64,000 bases of DNA from Candidatus Latescibacterota bacterium (GCA_965205485.1 OZ242180.1:2112001-2176000); one strand, 5' to 3'. Positions 35,684-45,624 are shown, counted from the stretch's first letter. Numbers and translations are program-made. Notes: generated by a model not told the origin, from the letters alone.

Positions 35684-38662
35684 TTGCATATGAGGATAAC
35701 AGACATGGTCCGTATGCAGAGTCTTCATTCCGTCCCCGGCGAATCGATGGGCGTTGGACGATCCGGCCTGGGCTCGTACGTGTTCCGGTTCCTTCGCCCG
35801 GGACATGCCGGAGCGGTCAGTTTGAAGGGTGAAACATTGATCCTGGAACGCTCGTCCGGATCGGTGGTTGTCCCCATCCGGGAAATCGAGACTTCGGAGG
35901 TCATACACGGGTGGTTCTGGGGAGGATTGCAAGTACGTTTCGCCACCGGCAATGCAACGGTATCGGGACTCTCGAAGCCGGACGCGCGGTCATTCGGCGA
36001 CTTTCTTATGCGAGCGCGAGTCGATTGGTGGTGTGTCGCCCTGGACACGCACGCCGGAACGATCCAATCCGTTTACGACCGCCTTGCGCAGTTTGCCGAC
36101 CCGCCGAGGTACGTGTCGCATGCGATCTTTTCCCCAATCGAGCGCGATGCGAAAGACGTGGTCGCCCGGTTCCCCGCTCAGTGGCCGGAACAGTTGTCCG
36201 AGGTCGCGGAAATCCGAATGCTGAAAGCGATTCGGGACTTCTCAAATGTATCCGAACGTTGTCGGGCCAGAGCCTGCAACGCCTTCGTGGCCAACGAACT
36301 GGTGCGGTCCCGGGAATTCTTCGACAGGGTCGAGGCGAGACCGCTCACGGACGAGCAGCGGAGAGCAGTTGTCGTTGATGAAGACCGCAACCTGGTCGTC
36401 GCAGCCGCCGGAAGCGGCAAGACGTCTGTCATCGTTGCCAAGGCGGGCTGGCTCATTCGGAAGGGTTACCGGCGCCCATCGGAACTGCTTCTGCTGGCAT
36501 TCGCCAAAGATGCCCAGGAAGAAATGAAAGAAAGAGTCCGAAAACGCCTCGGCGTGGAGTTGGGTGACGAACTCACGGTCCGGACCTTCCACAGCCTGGG
36601 CATGTCGATCATCGGCGAAGCGGAACGCAGACGCCCGGCCGTGGCCAGGGCCGCGGTAGACGATCAGGCCCTGTTCGACCTGCTGAAGGGCATCGTTCGC
36701 GACCTCATCGCCGATTCCGGGTTCTCAGAGGTCTTGCTCAAATGGTTCGCGGGGCATTTTGCTCCGTACCGAAGCGAGTTCGAATTCCGGACTCAGGGAG
36801 AGTATTGGGCGTATCTCCGGGACAATGAAATCCGGTCCCTTCAAGGAGAGAAGGTCAAGAGTTTCGAAGAATGCGAGATTGCCAACTTCCTTTACCTCAA
36901 CGGTGTGCCCTATGAGTACGAACGCGACTACGAACACGAAACCGCCACGCCGGACCAGAGACAGTACCAGCCCGATTTCTACCTTCCGGACGCGGGGATA
37001 TACATTGAACATCTTGCACTCTCGGAATCGAACCAAACCCCTCCCTTTATCGACCGAGGCAAATATCTCAGGTCGCTTGGCTGGAAAAGGCGCCTGCATG
37101 CGAAACACGGCACGGTTCTCGTGGAGACCTATAGTCACGAGAAGGTTGCGGGCCGGCTGACCGAGAACCTGGCGGAAAAACTGGCCGACCATGGGGTAAC
37201 GCTATCTCCGATCCCGTCCGGGGAGACTTTCTCCGTCCTCGAAGAGCAAGGTCGAATCGAACCCTTCACGCGTCTGGTTGCGACGTTCCTCCATCATTAC
37301 AAGGGCGCGCAACTCTCGGCAGACGACGTGGCACGTCGCGCCGCCGGGGCTGAAAACCGTCCCAGGGCCGAGGCCTTCCTGACCGTCTTCATTACTGTAT
37401 ACGAGCGTTACCAGGAATCGCTTGCGCGGCAGCGGCAGATCGATTTCCACGACATGATCACGAACGCGACGGAGCACGTGCGGAGCGGGCGTTACCGCAA
37501 CCGGTTCGGCTACATACTCGTCGATGAGTTTCAGGATATTTCGGCCGGGAGAGCGCGATTGCTGAAGGCATTGCTGGATACGTCGAGTGCCGCGCAGCTG
37601 TTTGCGGTGGGCGACGACTGGCAGGCCATCTTCCGATTTGCCGGTTCGGACATCGCCATCATGAGAGAGTTCAAGGCACGCTTCGGCGAGAGCGAACGCG
37701 TCAACCTGGAAACGACGTTCAGATGCGCGGACCGTATCGCCAATCTCGCAAGTCGATTTGTGCTGAGCAACCCGGCACAGATCCACAAGCGTGTTTCGTC
37801 CGTCTTCAATGCAGAAGGACCATGCGTGTACGTAATGGTCGCCCGGGAAACGAGTCCCGATCCTCTGGCGGAGACACTGAACGCCGTTGCAGCTCATGCA
37901 GCCGGGGACGACGAGCGCGCCACGGTTCTGCTGCTGGGCCGGTACCGGCACAACAGGCCCGGGAATATGGAGACATTGTCACGAGCCCATTCCAGTCTTC
38001 GACTCACTTTCATGACGGTACACGGCTCCAAAGGCCTTGAGGCCGACTATGTGGTGGTGCTCGATCTGTGCGCAGGAAAGTACGGCTTTCCCACCGGGAT
38101 CGTCGACGACCCGCTGCTGGATCTCGTTCTGGCCGCCCCGGAAGCATATCCTAACGCCGAGGAACGCCGCCTGTTCTATGTCGCGGTCACTCGCGCGAGG
38201 CGGGGCGTCTATCTCGTCGCCGATAACCAGACCCCTTCGGCCTTCGTCGAGGAGTTGATGAAGGGCGGCTATGACGTTGTGGTTCATGGCGAACAACCGG
38301 AACGGGATGTACCGTGCCCCAAATGCATCCACGGACGGTTGGAGCAGAGAGGCAGGGCTCCGGACAGGGGGATATTCTACGGTTGCTCGCTCTGGCCGTA
38401 TTGCGAGTATCGACAGCCGGCGTGTCCCCATTGCAGGGCTGGATTACAGGCGAAAGTCGATGGGAACTACCGATGCCGGGATTGCCGGAAGGCCGTTGAG
38501 GGTTGTCCCGAGTGCTTTGGATGGCTGCTGGAGAAGCGTGGAAAATACGGCAGGTTTATCGGTTGCTCGAATTGGCCGGACTGCAGATATACGCGGAATG
38601 ACCTGAAAAAGCGGACAGTACGTTCATCGGTCTTCAAAGGGACCGGACGGAACCTCAAATAG
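35684..38662 (+). CDS. UvrD/helicase IV-like SF1 helicase with inserted PD-(D/E)xK-like domain and C-terminal Topo-I-type Zn ribbons (start uncertain)
   Basis: AAAGSGKT, TFHSLG, VDEFQD, VGDDWQAIFRF, TVHGSKGLEAD, EERRLFYVAVTRAR; insert KSFEECEIANFL..YQPDFYL..IEH; CPKC..GCSLWPYC, CPEC..GCSNWPDC. Confidence 0.9.
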   Translation: MHMRITDMVRMQSLHSVPGESMGVGRSGLGSYVFRFLRPGHAGAVSLKGETLILERSSGSVVVPIREIETSEVIHGWFWGGLQVRFATGNATVSGLSKPDARSFGDFLMRARVDWWCVALDTHAGTIQSVYDRLAQFADPPRYVSHAIFSPIERDAKDVVARFPAQWPEQLSEVAEIRMLKAIRDFSNVSERCRARACNAFVANELVRSREFFDRVEARPLTDEQRRAVVVDEDRNLVVAAAGSGKTSVIVAKAGWLIRKGYRRPSELLLLAFAKDAQEEMKERVRKRLGVELGDELTVRTFHSLGMSIIGEAERRRPAVARAAVDDQALFDLLKGIVRDLIADSGFSEVLLKWFAGHFAPYRSEFEFRTQGEYWAYLRDNEIRSLQGEKVKSFEECEIANFLYLNGVPYEYERDYEHETATPDQRQYQPDFYLPDAGIYIEHLALSESNQTPPFIDRGKYLRSLGWKRRLHAKHGTVLVETYSHEKVAGRLTENLAEKLADHGVTLSPIPSGETFSVLEEQGRIEPFTRLVATFLHHYKGAQLSADDVARRAAGAENRPRAEAFLTVFITVYERYQESLARQRQIDFHDMITNATEHVRSGRYRNRFGYILVDEFQDISAGRARLLKALLDTSSAAQLFAVGDDWQAIFRFAGSDIAIMREFKARFGESERVNLETTFRCADRIANLASRFVLSNPAQIHKRVSSVFNAEGPCVYVMVARETSPDPLAETLNAVAAHAAGDDERATVLLLGRYRHNRPGNMETLSRAHSSLRLTFMTVHGSKGLEADYVVVLDLCAGKYGFPTGIVDDPLLDLVLAAPEAYPNAEERRLFYVAVTRARRGVYLVADNQTPSAFVEELMKGGYDVVVHGEQPERDVPCPKCIHGRLEQRGRAPDRGIFYGCSLWPYCEYRQPACPHCRAGLQAKVDGNYRCRDCRKAVEGCPECFGWLLEKRGKYGRFIGCSNWPDCRYTRNDLKKRTVRSSVFKGTGRNLK

Positions 38663-38728
38663 CCTGCGTCACGCCGATGACATTGTTGACATCAGGCTTG
38701 GATAGCTTTAACTTTGTGGAGGACCGAT

Positions 38729-39261
38729 ATGGACCGGCTTTCGGTATGGAGGGTCACAAATAAAGTAATCTTTGCCGGTCTATCCTTAGCAGCCCGTTGA
38801 AAAAGCCCATCCGGGCTGCGGCCGGCCCTTGCGGTCGAAATACTGCGTTGCGCTCCCTCGCCGAATCGAGGGATGGGACTCGGTCGCGCGCCTTGTCTTC
38901 GACCACAATGGCTCGGCCTCGCCTGCAGAGCGACTTTATCAACGGACTGTTAGCCTTTTGTATCGCGGGACTCGTACTATGGTACTACGACGCGCGAAGA
39001 ATGGAGGGCTTGTTCGATATCGTGACGCGCTCAGGAAATATCGTTCTGTCCTCCGTGTCGGTGTCGTTTATTATCATGGAGATTGTCGATATGGTACTCG
39101 GTATGTATGAGTCTATCAAGAAGAGGAATTACGAACTGGGATATCAGGCAGGAAGGCAAGCCGCATTGAAACAGCAGAACGGAGAAGATCAGGAAGGCGC
39201 TGATTCGAACGCAGCCGAGAGAGCCGAATCATCCACTCCGGGCCCCAATCCGGACGAATGA
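38729..39261 (+). pseudogene. Small two-TM membrane protein gene interrupted by MITE B
   Basis: GGAGG SD and ATG 38729; removing 38790-38949 plus one TTAG restores MDRLSVWRVTNKVIFAGLSL-AFCIAGLVLWYY... in frame to TGA 39261. Confidence 0.75.
38790..38949. mobile_element. MITE family B (160 bp variant)
   Basis: TIRs as in other B copies; perfect TTAG TSD. Confidence 0.9.
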
Positions 39262-39397
39262 GTGAATTTCAGCAACAATCAGACAAGTACCGCTCCAGGT
39301 TATTTTTGGGCGGTATTTTTGTGAATCCGACGCTCACGTTTCGACGACAAACGCGGCCGGGACCACGCCGGAGGGATTGTCCGCCCACGCCCTCTCA

Positions 39398-39522
39398 GAA
39401 GCTGTCTTAAAATTCCCAGCGGTCTTCGCGCGGCTGCAAAAGCGCCGGTCGGCGTCGGTCAAACCCACCCGTATCGAGAGATCGAGGCTGCGCTCGCTCG
39501 CCTCTCTTGGGCGGATTTTCCG
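39398..39522. mobile_element. MITE family A, truncated (one TIR)
   Basis: GAAGCTGTCTTAAAATTCCCAGCGG... matches the first ~125 bp of the 1567 copy; preceded by TCA. Confidence 0.8.
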
Positions 39523-39605
39523 CGCATTTCGCGTTTTTGTCTTTCGCCACACCTGTCCAAATTCGTCTTTTCCAACCACTATCACGACCTGATCCACCTG
39601 CAACC

Positions 39606-39753
39606 GGAGCGAGGGCATCCTGCCCTCGAACTTCGCGTCACTTACCCCTGTTCCCTTCGAGAGACTGACGCGTCCATTCAATCCCACACCGGGTCACTGA
39701 AAACACCGTGTGCGACGAGTTATCCGATGTCGAGGGCAGGATGCCCTCGCTCC
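39606..39753. repeat. REPIN-like inverted pair of palindromic 24-mers (family E)
   Basis: GGAGCGAGGGCATCCTGCCCTCGA (39606-39629) and its exact reverse complement (39730-39753). Confidence 0.8.
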
Positions 39754-39912
39754 CGGGAACGCCAACCGCACCGGACATAAATCGCTTTCTGTCTTGGACA
39801 GCCGTGGCCATAAGACGGAGACCTGCATTGGCACTTCGAAACGACTTTCAAGAATACCAGGTACTTACGTATCCAAAATCATCTTTTTCAAACTATCTTG
39901 GAGAGCGGTGGT

Positions 39913-39941
39913 CTTTCGTAGTTTCGTTCTTTCGTAGTTTC
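39913..39941. repeat. Short remnant of the 8-nt periodic repeat
   Basis: CTTTCGTAGTTTCGTTCTTTCGTAGTTTC. Confidence 0.65.
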
Positions 39942-39952
39942 TAATCGGCTTT

Positions 39953-41689
39953 TCATGCGGTGAAGAAGGCCACGACGGTCCAGCAGATCGCCGCAAGGAA
40001 TGCCGCGATGGACGCCTGGGGTATCTGCGTCTTGACGTGGTCCATCAGGTCGCAGCCGGTACACATGGAGCTGAGTACGGTCGTGTCGGAGATGGGCGAG
40101 CACTGGTCGCCGTACACGCTGCCGTCCATGACCGCGGCGAAACAGAGGGTCATGAACAGCTCGGGATGGGAGAGCCCGTGAGCCCCGGCCACCGCCCAGG
40201 CCAGCGGCATGGCCAGCGGGAAGGCCACCGCGTAGGTGCCCCAGCTCGTCCCCGTGGAGAAGGCGATGACCATGGTCATGACCTGCAACAGCACCGGCAG
40301 CAGGAAGTAGGGAATTGCCTCCCCGAGTTGCTCGACCAGAAAGATGCCGCCCCCCGTCTCCTTGTTTATCCCCCCGATGGTGATGGCGAGCAGGAGAATG
40401 ACGGAGCCGAGCACCACCCCCTTGAGGCCGTCGTGGAATCCCGCCACGAGGTCCTTGAGCGACATCCCTTTTGCCAGGGCCATCCCCGCGGCGAGCACCA
40501 GGGCCGTGCCGAAAGCCCACTGCACGTTGGGGGAGCCGCTGACGATGAAGGTGCCGACGGCGATGCCGATGAGGGAAATCAGGGGCAGGAAGAACTCCAT
40601 CACGTGCGGGGTGTACCCCTCGGGAACGTTGCTTCCCTGCAGTTCCTTTGCGCTCAGGGGGTTCGCGCCATCCGCATCGAGCTGGCCGGTCGCGCGGGAC
40701 CGATCCATCGCCGCCTTGAGCCGCTTGCCGAGAAACAGGGGCCGCTCGATGCTGAGGAGAAAGGTGCCGAGCACGGCGAAGATCGCGTAGAAGCAGAACG
40801 GCACGCTCTGGAAGAAGAAGGCGATGCGGTCCGTCTCGGTGGCGAGGAAGCCCACCCCGGAGACGAAGATGAAGGCCTGGACGTACCCGGGCCAGGCGTT
40901 GAAGGCGAGCTGGGAAGCGATCGGCGAGGCCGTTGAGTCGACGATGTAGGCGAGCTCTTCGTGGCTGACCTTTTCTGTATCGGCGATCGGCTTGACCGTG
41001 GTGCCGACCAGCACCGTGCTGACCGTGCCCCCCTGAAAGAAAATGACGCCGAGCGCCCAGGAAACGAGCTTGGCGCTTCGGGGGCCGCGCACGAAGCGCT
41101 CCGTCATTAGTTCGGCGAACGCCTGCGCGGCGCCCGTCCGCGACCAGATCCCCATCAGGCCGCCCAGCAGCCACAGGTAGAGCAGCAGGACGCCGGCGGA
41201 GCTGGTTGTGGCCAGCGAGGGGATCAGCACGTCGCCGGTGAAGTCGTAGCGGGTAAGCACCAGCGCTCCCGACAGGATGCCGCCAATGAGCGAGGTAACC
41301 GGCTCCCGGGTCAGCCAGCAAAGGAGCACGGCGACCACCGCGGGAAGGAGGGACCAGAAGCCCCAGTGGTGCTTGGCCAGCAGCTGATAATATAAGGTCC
41401 TTGGCTCACCCTCCTCCAGCCTGACGACGGAGACAAACTCCTTCTTCACTTCCGGGGTCTCGCGCGAGCCTTCAATTCGCTCGGGGTTGAGCAGCGCCTC
41501 CTCGATGGGCACGGGGTGGAAATAGGTCGGCTCTCCCCGATATATGTAGTAGAGGTTTCCGTCTCTGTCGACGTGAGCATCGAGGGCGATCTGCTCGACG
41601 GTCCAGGTAGGCGCCACGTTGATGCCGACGATCCAGGATACGACCAGGGCGATAGCGAAGACGACAAACTTGCGGACACCAGGGCTCAT
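39953..41689 (-). CDS. Na+/H+ antiporter NhaC-family transporter
   Basis: Many TM helices; ELAYIVDSTASP, FSTGTSWGT, GDQCSPISDTTVLSS, DHVKTQ. Confidence 0.88.
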   Translation of the reverse strand: MSPGVRKFVVFAIALVVSWIVGINVAPTWTVEQIALDAHVDRDGNLYYIYRGEPTYFHPVPIEEALLNPERIEGSRETPEVKKEFVSVVRLEEGEPRTLYYQLLAKHHWGFWSLLPAVVAVLLCWLTREPVTSLIGGILSGALVLTRYDFTGDVLIPSLATTSSAGVLLLYLWLLGGLMGIWSRTGAAQAFAELMTERFVRGPRSAKLVSWALGVIFFQGGTVSTVLVGTTVKPIADTEKVSHEELAYIVDSTASPIASQLAFNAWPGYVQAFIFVSGVGFLATETDRIAFFFQSVPFCFYAIFAVLGTFLLSIERPLFLGKRLKAAMDRSRATGQLDADGANPLSAKELQGSNVPEGYTPHVMEFFLPLISLIGIAVGTFIVSGSPNVQWAFGTALVLAAGMALAKGMSLKDLVAGFHDGLKGVVLGSVILLLAITIGGINKETGGGIFLVEQLGEAIPYFLLPVLLQVMTMVIAFSTGTSWGTYAVAFPLAMPLAWAVAGAHGLSHPELFMTLCFAAVMDGSVYGDQCSPISDTTVLSSMCTGCDLMDHVKTQIPQASIAAFLAAICWTVVAFFTA

Positions 41690-41901
41690 TCCAATCTCCG
41701 GATGAAAGATGTGGGGGGACGATTCGGAGGGATGCCGGAGGGCTTCACCTCTGTTCTATACCCCTATTGTACCCTGATCTGCAAAAAACGCAAGTGGGCA
41801 TTCGGGTATGTTCGGAAAAAGCTCGTTACGAAATTGTCACGTAAAAGCAATGTTCACGTGCCGCGGGTAGACTTCACGGAGGATCGTCGGCCTGAGAGGT
41901 A

Positions 41902-42346
41902 CCCTTCGACATTTCGACACCCTTCGACAAGCTCAGTGCAGGCAGCACAAGCAGGGCAGGTTATGGGCCTCCTGTCAGCGGCCCAATGACATCCGATGAA
42001 CCAAATAACGCGTGGTCATTGAGCTTGTCGAAATGCCCGCCATTCAACAGCCCGTCGACCCCTTGACAATGGTTATCGCGAAGCGTGTCATTCAGAAGCG
42101 CAGCGAAGAATCTCCCGTCTTCGGGGCAGTCCGTGTCGCGCAGTCCTTTGGCAGAGAAATTTACGCGCGGACCCATCGCATGTCTTGCTCCTGCCGATTC
42201 TATCCGCATTCCCACAGTAGAAACATGACGTGGGCAGACAGGAATGTCTGCCCCACCTTCATGCCCGCTTCCTCGGCGTCTGAGCGGTCTATTTTGGTAC
42301 GCGTTTCGCACCGATGCTTTTTGTGTTCTTTTGTGCCTTTTGTGGC
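41902..42346. repeat. Cluster of REP-like repeats (families C and D, a GGGCAGACAGGAATGTCTGCCC palindrome, one 9-mer arm)
   Basis: 41902-41935 and 42011-42040 (C), 42086-42114 (D), 42230-42256 palindrome, 42318-42346 TTTTGTGCC arm. Confidence 0.7.
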
Positions 42347-42459
42347 TGATCTGACTGTTGTTTTTTTCGAATTGAGGTTAAGCGTCGTTAAGTTTGTATT
42401 GCTTTGTGCGTTCACGGCGTCCCGATTATCCTGTCGATCTATGGATCCGGACTTTTCAC

Positions 42460-42489
42460 TTGACGAATATTTCTACAATTGTACAATTG
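42460..42489 (+). promoter_or_regulatory. TA operon promoter with palindromic operator
   Basis: TTGACG-16 nt-TACAAT; perfect palindrome CAATTGTACAATTG (42476-42489) overlaps the -10 box. Confidence 0.65.
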
Positions 42490-42511
42490 AATTGGACATG
42501 AGGAGGATTTC

Positions 42512-42910
42512 GTGAACATTGTCATCGATTCTTCAGCAATTATCGCTGTCATTGTAGACGAACCTGAAAAAGATGCAATCATTGCGGCGACTTCCGGGCA
42601 ATCGCTCATCGGCCCCGGATCCATTCCCTGGGAGATCGGAAATGCCTTCTCCGCGATGATCAGGCAGCGCCGCGTCAGCCTTGCAGATGCACAACGGGGA
42701 ATGGAGATACTGGACGGCATCCCGATACAATTCGTAAACGTCGACATGTCGAACGTGCTGTCCATCGCTGCACAGGTGAACGCATACGCGTACGACGCGT
42801 ACTTTCTCGACTGCGCATTGCGGCATGGCGCGCCGCTGTTGACGTTGGACCGAACCCTCAGCCGGGCAGCAGCCGCACTCGGCGTCAACACCGTTTTTCC
42901 GGAGGTGTAG
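42512..42910 (+). CDS. vapC: PIN-domain toxin (VapC family)
   Basis: IVIDSSAII, WEIGNA, YAYDAYFLDCA, LLTLD; AGGAGG SD. Confidence 0.88.
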   Translation: MNIVIDSSAIIAVIVDEPEKDAIIAATSGQSLIGPGSIPWEIGNAFSAMIRQRRVSLADAQRGMEILDGIPIQFVNVDMSNVLSIAAQVNAYAYDAYFLDCALRHGAPLLTLDRTLSRAAAALGVNTVFPEV

Positions 42911-42911
42911 G

Positions 42912-43157
42912 ATGGACGTATATACCTACTCGGAAGCCAGGCAGAACTTCTCAACCGTGCTCGACAAAGCGGAGGCGACGGGCAAGGTCCTCATTCGCAG
43001 AAAGGATGGCAGGACCTACGCCCTTGTTCCGGAACGCCCCTCGGCGTCGCCGCTGGACGTTCCGTCGATCCAGGCGGACGTTTCCACCCGGGAACTCGTC
43101 ACGCTCATCAGAGACGAGAGACGAATGACAGGAGAGCGGGGACGACGAGGGGAATAA
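42912..43157 (+). CDS. Phd/YefM-family antitoxin
   Basis: YTYSEARQNFSTVLDKA..GKVLIRRKDG. Confidence 0.88.
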   Translation: MDVYTYSEARQNFSTVLDKAEATGKVLIRRKDGRTYALVPERPSASPLDVPSIQADVSTRELVTLIRDERRMTGERGRRGE

Positions 43158-43255
43158 CAACGCTTCAGGCGGGAAATCGCGGTTATGAACGGTGCCGGGA
43201 GGGAGTTGTGGCGTGACAAAGTGTCCAAAGGGTCGTCGACTTCGGCCGGACTCGG

Positions 43256-44218
43256 CTATGCGTCAACGCAATCTCTGATGGCTTCGACGATGTCCCCGGT
43301 CTGGGGCAGGCAGGCGTCTTCCAGCGAGGCGCTATAGGGCATTGGCGTATTCAGGCCGCCCAGAACCCTGGGGGGTTTGCGAAGGTGTTCGAAGCCCCGT
43401 TCGGCGATCTGGCGGACGATTTCGGCGCCGGCGCCTCCGCGCGCCGGGGCTTCGTGTACCACCAGGAGGCGGCCTGTTTTTTTTACCGATCTCAGGATGG
43501 TTTCCACGTCGAGAGGGACGAGGGTACGGGGATCGATCACCTCCACGCCGATTTCCCCGTCCAGGGTTTCAGCCGCCTGGAGGGTCTTCTGCAGGGCGTA
43601 GGAGACGGCGACAACGGTAACGTCGGCGCCTTCACGCTTAACGTCGGCCGTACCCAGAGGAACGACGTGGTCGCCTTCCGGGACGGCCCCCTCGATATCC
43701 CCCAGCAGCCGGTGCTGGATGAAAACGACCGGTCCGTCGTCGCGGATGCTGGACTTCATCAGTCCCTTGGCGTCCGCGGCCGTGGCCGGCATGACCACCT
43801 TGAGACCGGGAGAATGTACGAACCAGCTCTCCAGGCTCTGGCTGTGATGACCGGCCTCCCGCGTGCCGGCGCCGCCGGGAGTGCGGATCACCATCGGGAC
43901 ATTGATGTTGCCCCCCGACATCAGGTGGATCTTGGCGGCCTGGTTGACGATGGGGTCCATGCAGACGGTGACGAAGTCGCAATACATGATGACGGCGACC
44001 GGACGCAGGCCGGTCATGGCGGCGCCAACCGCCAGCCCCACGAAGCCCGATTCGGAAATGGGCGTCTGCCACGTGCGTCGCTCGTGGAACTGGTCCCAAA
44101 GTCTGTCAGGATCGCGGACAGGACCGATATCCTCGCCGATGATAAAGACGCGCTCGTCGCGGGCGGCTTCTTCCCTGATGGCGTCGCTAATGGCCTGGGC
44201 GTACGTAACGCGGGGCAT
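43256..44218 (-). CDS. 2-oxoacid/acetoin dehydrogenase E1 beta subunit
   Basis: IGEDIG, TPISESGFVGLAVGAA, HHSQSLE, PGLKVVMP, EVIDPRTLVPLD. Confidence 0.92.
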   Translation of the reverse strand: MPRVTYAQAISDAIREEAARDERVFIIGEDIGPVRDPDRLWDQFHERRTWQTPISESGFVGLAVGAAMTGLRPVAVIMYCDFVTVCMDPIVNQAAKIHLMSGGNINVPMVIRTPGGAGTREAGHHSQSLESWFVHSPGLKVVMPATAADAKGLMKSSIRDDGPVVFIQHRLLGDIEGAVPEGDHVVPLGTADVKREGADVTVVAVSYALQKTLQAAETLDGEIGVEVIDPRTLVPLDVETILRSVKKTGRLLVVHEAPARGGAGAEIVRQIAERGFEHLRKPPRVLGGLNTPMPYSASLEDACLPQTGDIVEAIRDCVDA

Positions 44219-44321
44219 TGATCGGTCTCCGTATATCTATGGCGAAAACTGGATAACCCATGTTCCAGGGTCACACTTCACGCATCAGCCTCAGTTCGAA
44301 AATGGAAAACTGTAAAATTGG

Positions 44322-44592
44322 CCACAAAAAGCACAAAAGGCACAGAAAGTACAGGTGCGAAATGGCCCGTGCCCCGAAGTGCCCTGGAAATCCGAGGTCA
44401 AATCGCCTCTATTTACCTGCGTATATTCGGTGACCTGAATGTCAATTATATACAGAAGAACAAAGGCGAATTGATGTCAAAGATCCCAGATACTTGAGGT
44501 CACCGGACGTGAACGGAAATTTCATCCATTTGTACGACCTCGATGCCCCGCTCTTACATTGACTCCTTCTGTGCCCTTTGTGCCTTTTGTGG
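44322..44592 (-). repeat. Long imperfect inverted repeat with 9-nt periodic outer arms between E1 alpha and E1 beta
   Basis: 28-bp outer stem (44322-44349 / 44565-44592); inner stems 44393-99 / 44536-42 and 44428-36 / 44497-505. Confidence 0.75.
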
Positions 44593-44625
44593 TGAGTTTT
44601 GCCGTTGCCTTTCTTCGGATCAAGG

Positions 44626-45624
44626 TTAAAGGGCGACTCCCGCGGTAACGGGCATGTCGCCCAAATCAGGATATGGAGATCGTTTGCCGTAGTCCACGGC
44701 TTCGCGCGCCGCCTCTCTGGCATCGGAGATGACGTTCTGTTTTTCTTCCGCCGTGAGGTATCCGGCGTCAATGAGCTTGCGTTCGAAGAGGGCGATCGGG
44801 TCCTTGCTCTTCCACGTCTCGAGTTCTTCCGGATTGTTGTGTTCGCCCTTGCCTCCGCCCGCGTGGCTTACGAAGCGATAGGTCTTGCATTCGATAAGCG
44901 TGGGTCCGTTTCCGGCGCGCGCTCTGGCAACGGCCTCCGATGCGACCCGGTACACCGCGAGGATGTCCTGGCCGTCTACGATGGCGCCCGGAAGGTCGTA
45001 TGCGGCGGCCTTGGCGGCGACGTCCGGCGGCGAGAGCGTTATGGCAGCGGGGGTGGTGGCGGCGTAGAGGTTGTTTTCACAGACGTAGACGGCGGGGAGG
45101 TCCCAGAGCGCGGCAATGTTCAGGGCTTCGTGGAATGCGCCCTGATTGGCGGCCCCCTCGCTGAAAAAGGCGACGGCCACCTGCCGGGTGCCGCGGTATT
45201 TCGCGGAAAATGCGGCGCCGGTGGCGATGGGAACCTGGGCCCCCACGATTCCGTTCCCTCCGATCAGGCCGAGTTCCGAACTGAAGATGTGCATGGAACC
45301 GCCGCATCCGCCGCTGTACCCATGTTTCCGCCCCATCAGCTCGGCCATCATCGGCTTGAGGTCCGCGCCCTTGGCGATGGCGTGGCCGTGACCCCTGTGC
45401 GTGCTGGCCACGAAATCAACCGGCTCGAGCGCGGCGCAGACACCGACTTCCGTGCCTTCCTGGCCGATGGCCAGGTGGGCGGCGCCGGAGATGACCCCTT
45501 CGCTTTCGGGGTTGTCACGAAGATAGCCGGCATAGTCGTAGTGGACCCTTACCTGTTCTTCGAAGGAACGGATGCGGTACATCCGCCGGAGCATTTCGAG
45601 GCATGTTTCTCTGTCGGGCATCAT
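44626..45624 (-). CDS. 2-oxoacid/acetoin dehydrogenase E1 alpha subunit
   Basis: HLAIGQEG, STHRGHGH, GGSMH, ThDP motif SEGAANQG..CENN, TYRFVSH. Confidence 0.92.
   Translation of the reverse strand: MMPDRETCLEMLRRMYRIRSFEEQVRVHYDYAGYLRDNPESEGVISGAAHLAIGQEGTEVGVCAALEPVDFVASTHRGHGHAIAKGADLKPMMAELMGRKHGYSGGCGGSMHIFSSELGLIGGNGIVGAQVPIATGAAFSAKYRGTRQVAVAFFSEGAANQGAFHEALNIAALWDLPAVYVCENNLYAATTPAAITLSPPDVAAKAAAYDLPGAIVDGQDILAVYRVASEAVARARAGNGPTLIECKTYRFVSHAGGGKGEHNNPEELETWKSKDPIALFERKLIDAGYLTAEEKQNVISDAREAAREAVDYGKRSPYPDLGDMPVTAGVAL

Noticed and set aside
39888..41321. 477-aa Arg-rich ORF
   Set aside because: Alternate frame of nhaC; its composition is typical of off-frame GC-rich sequence
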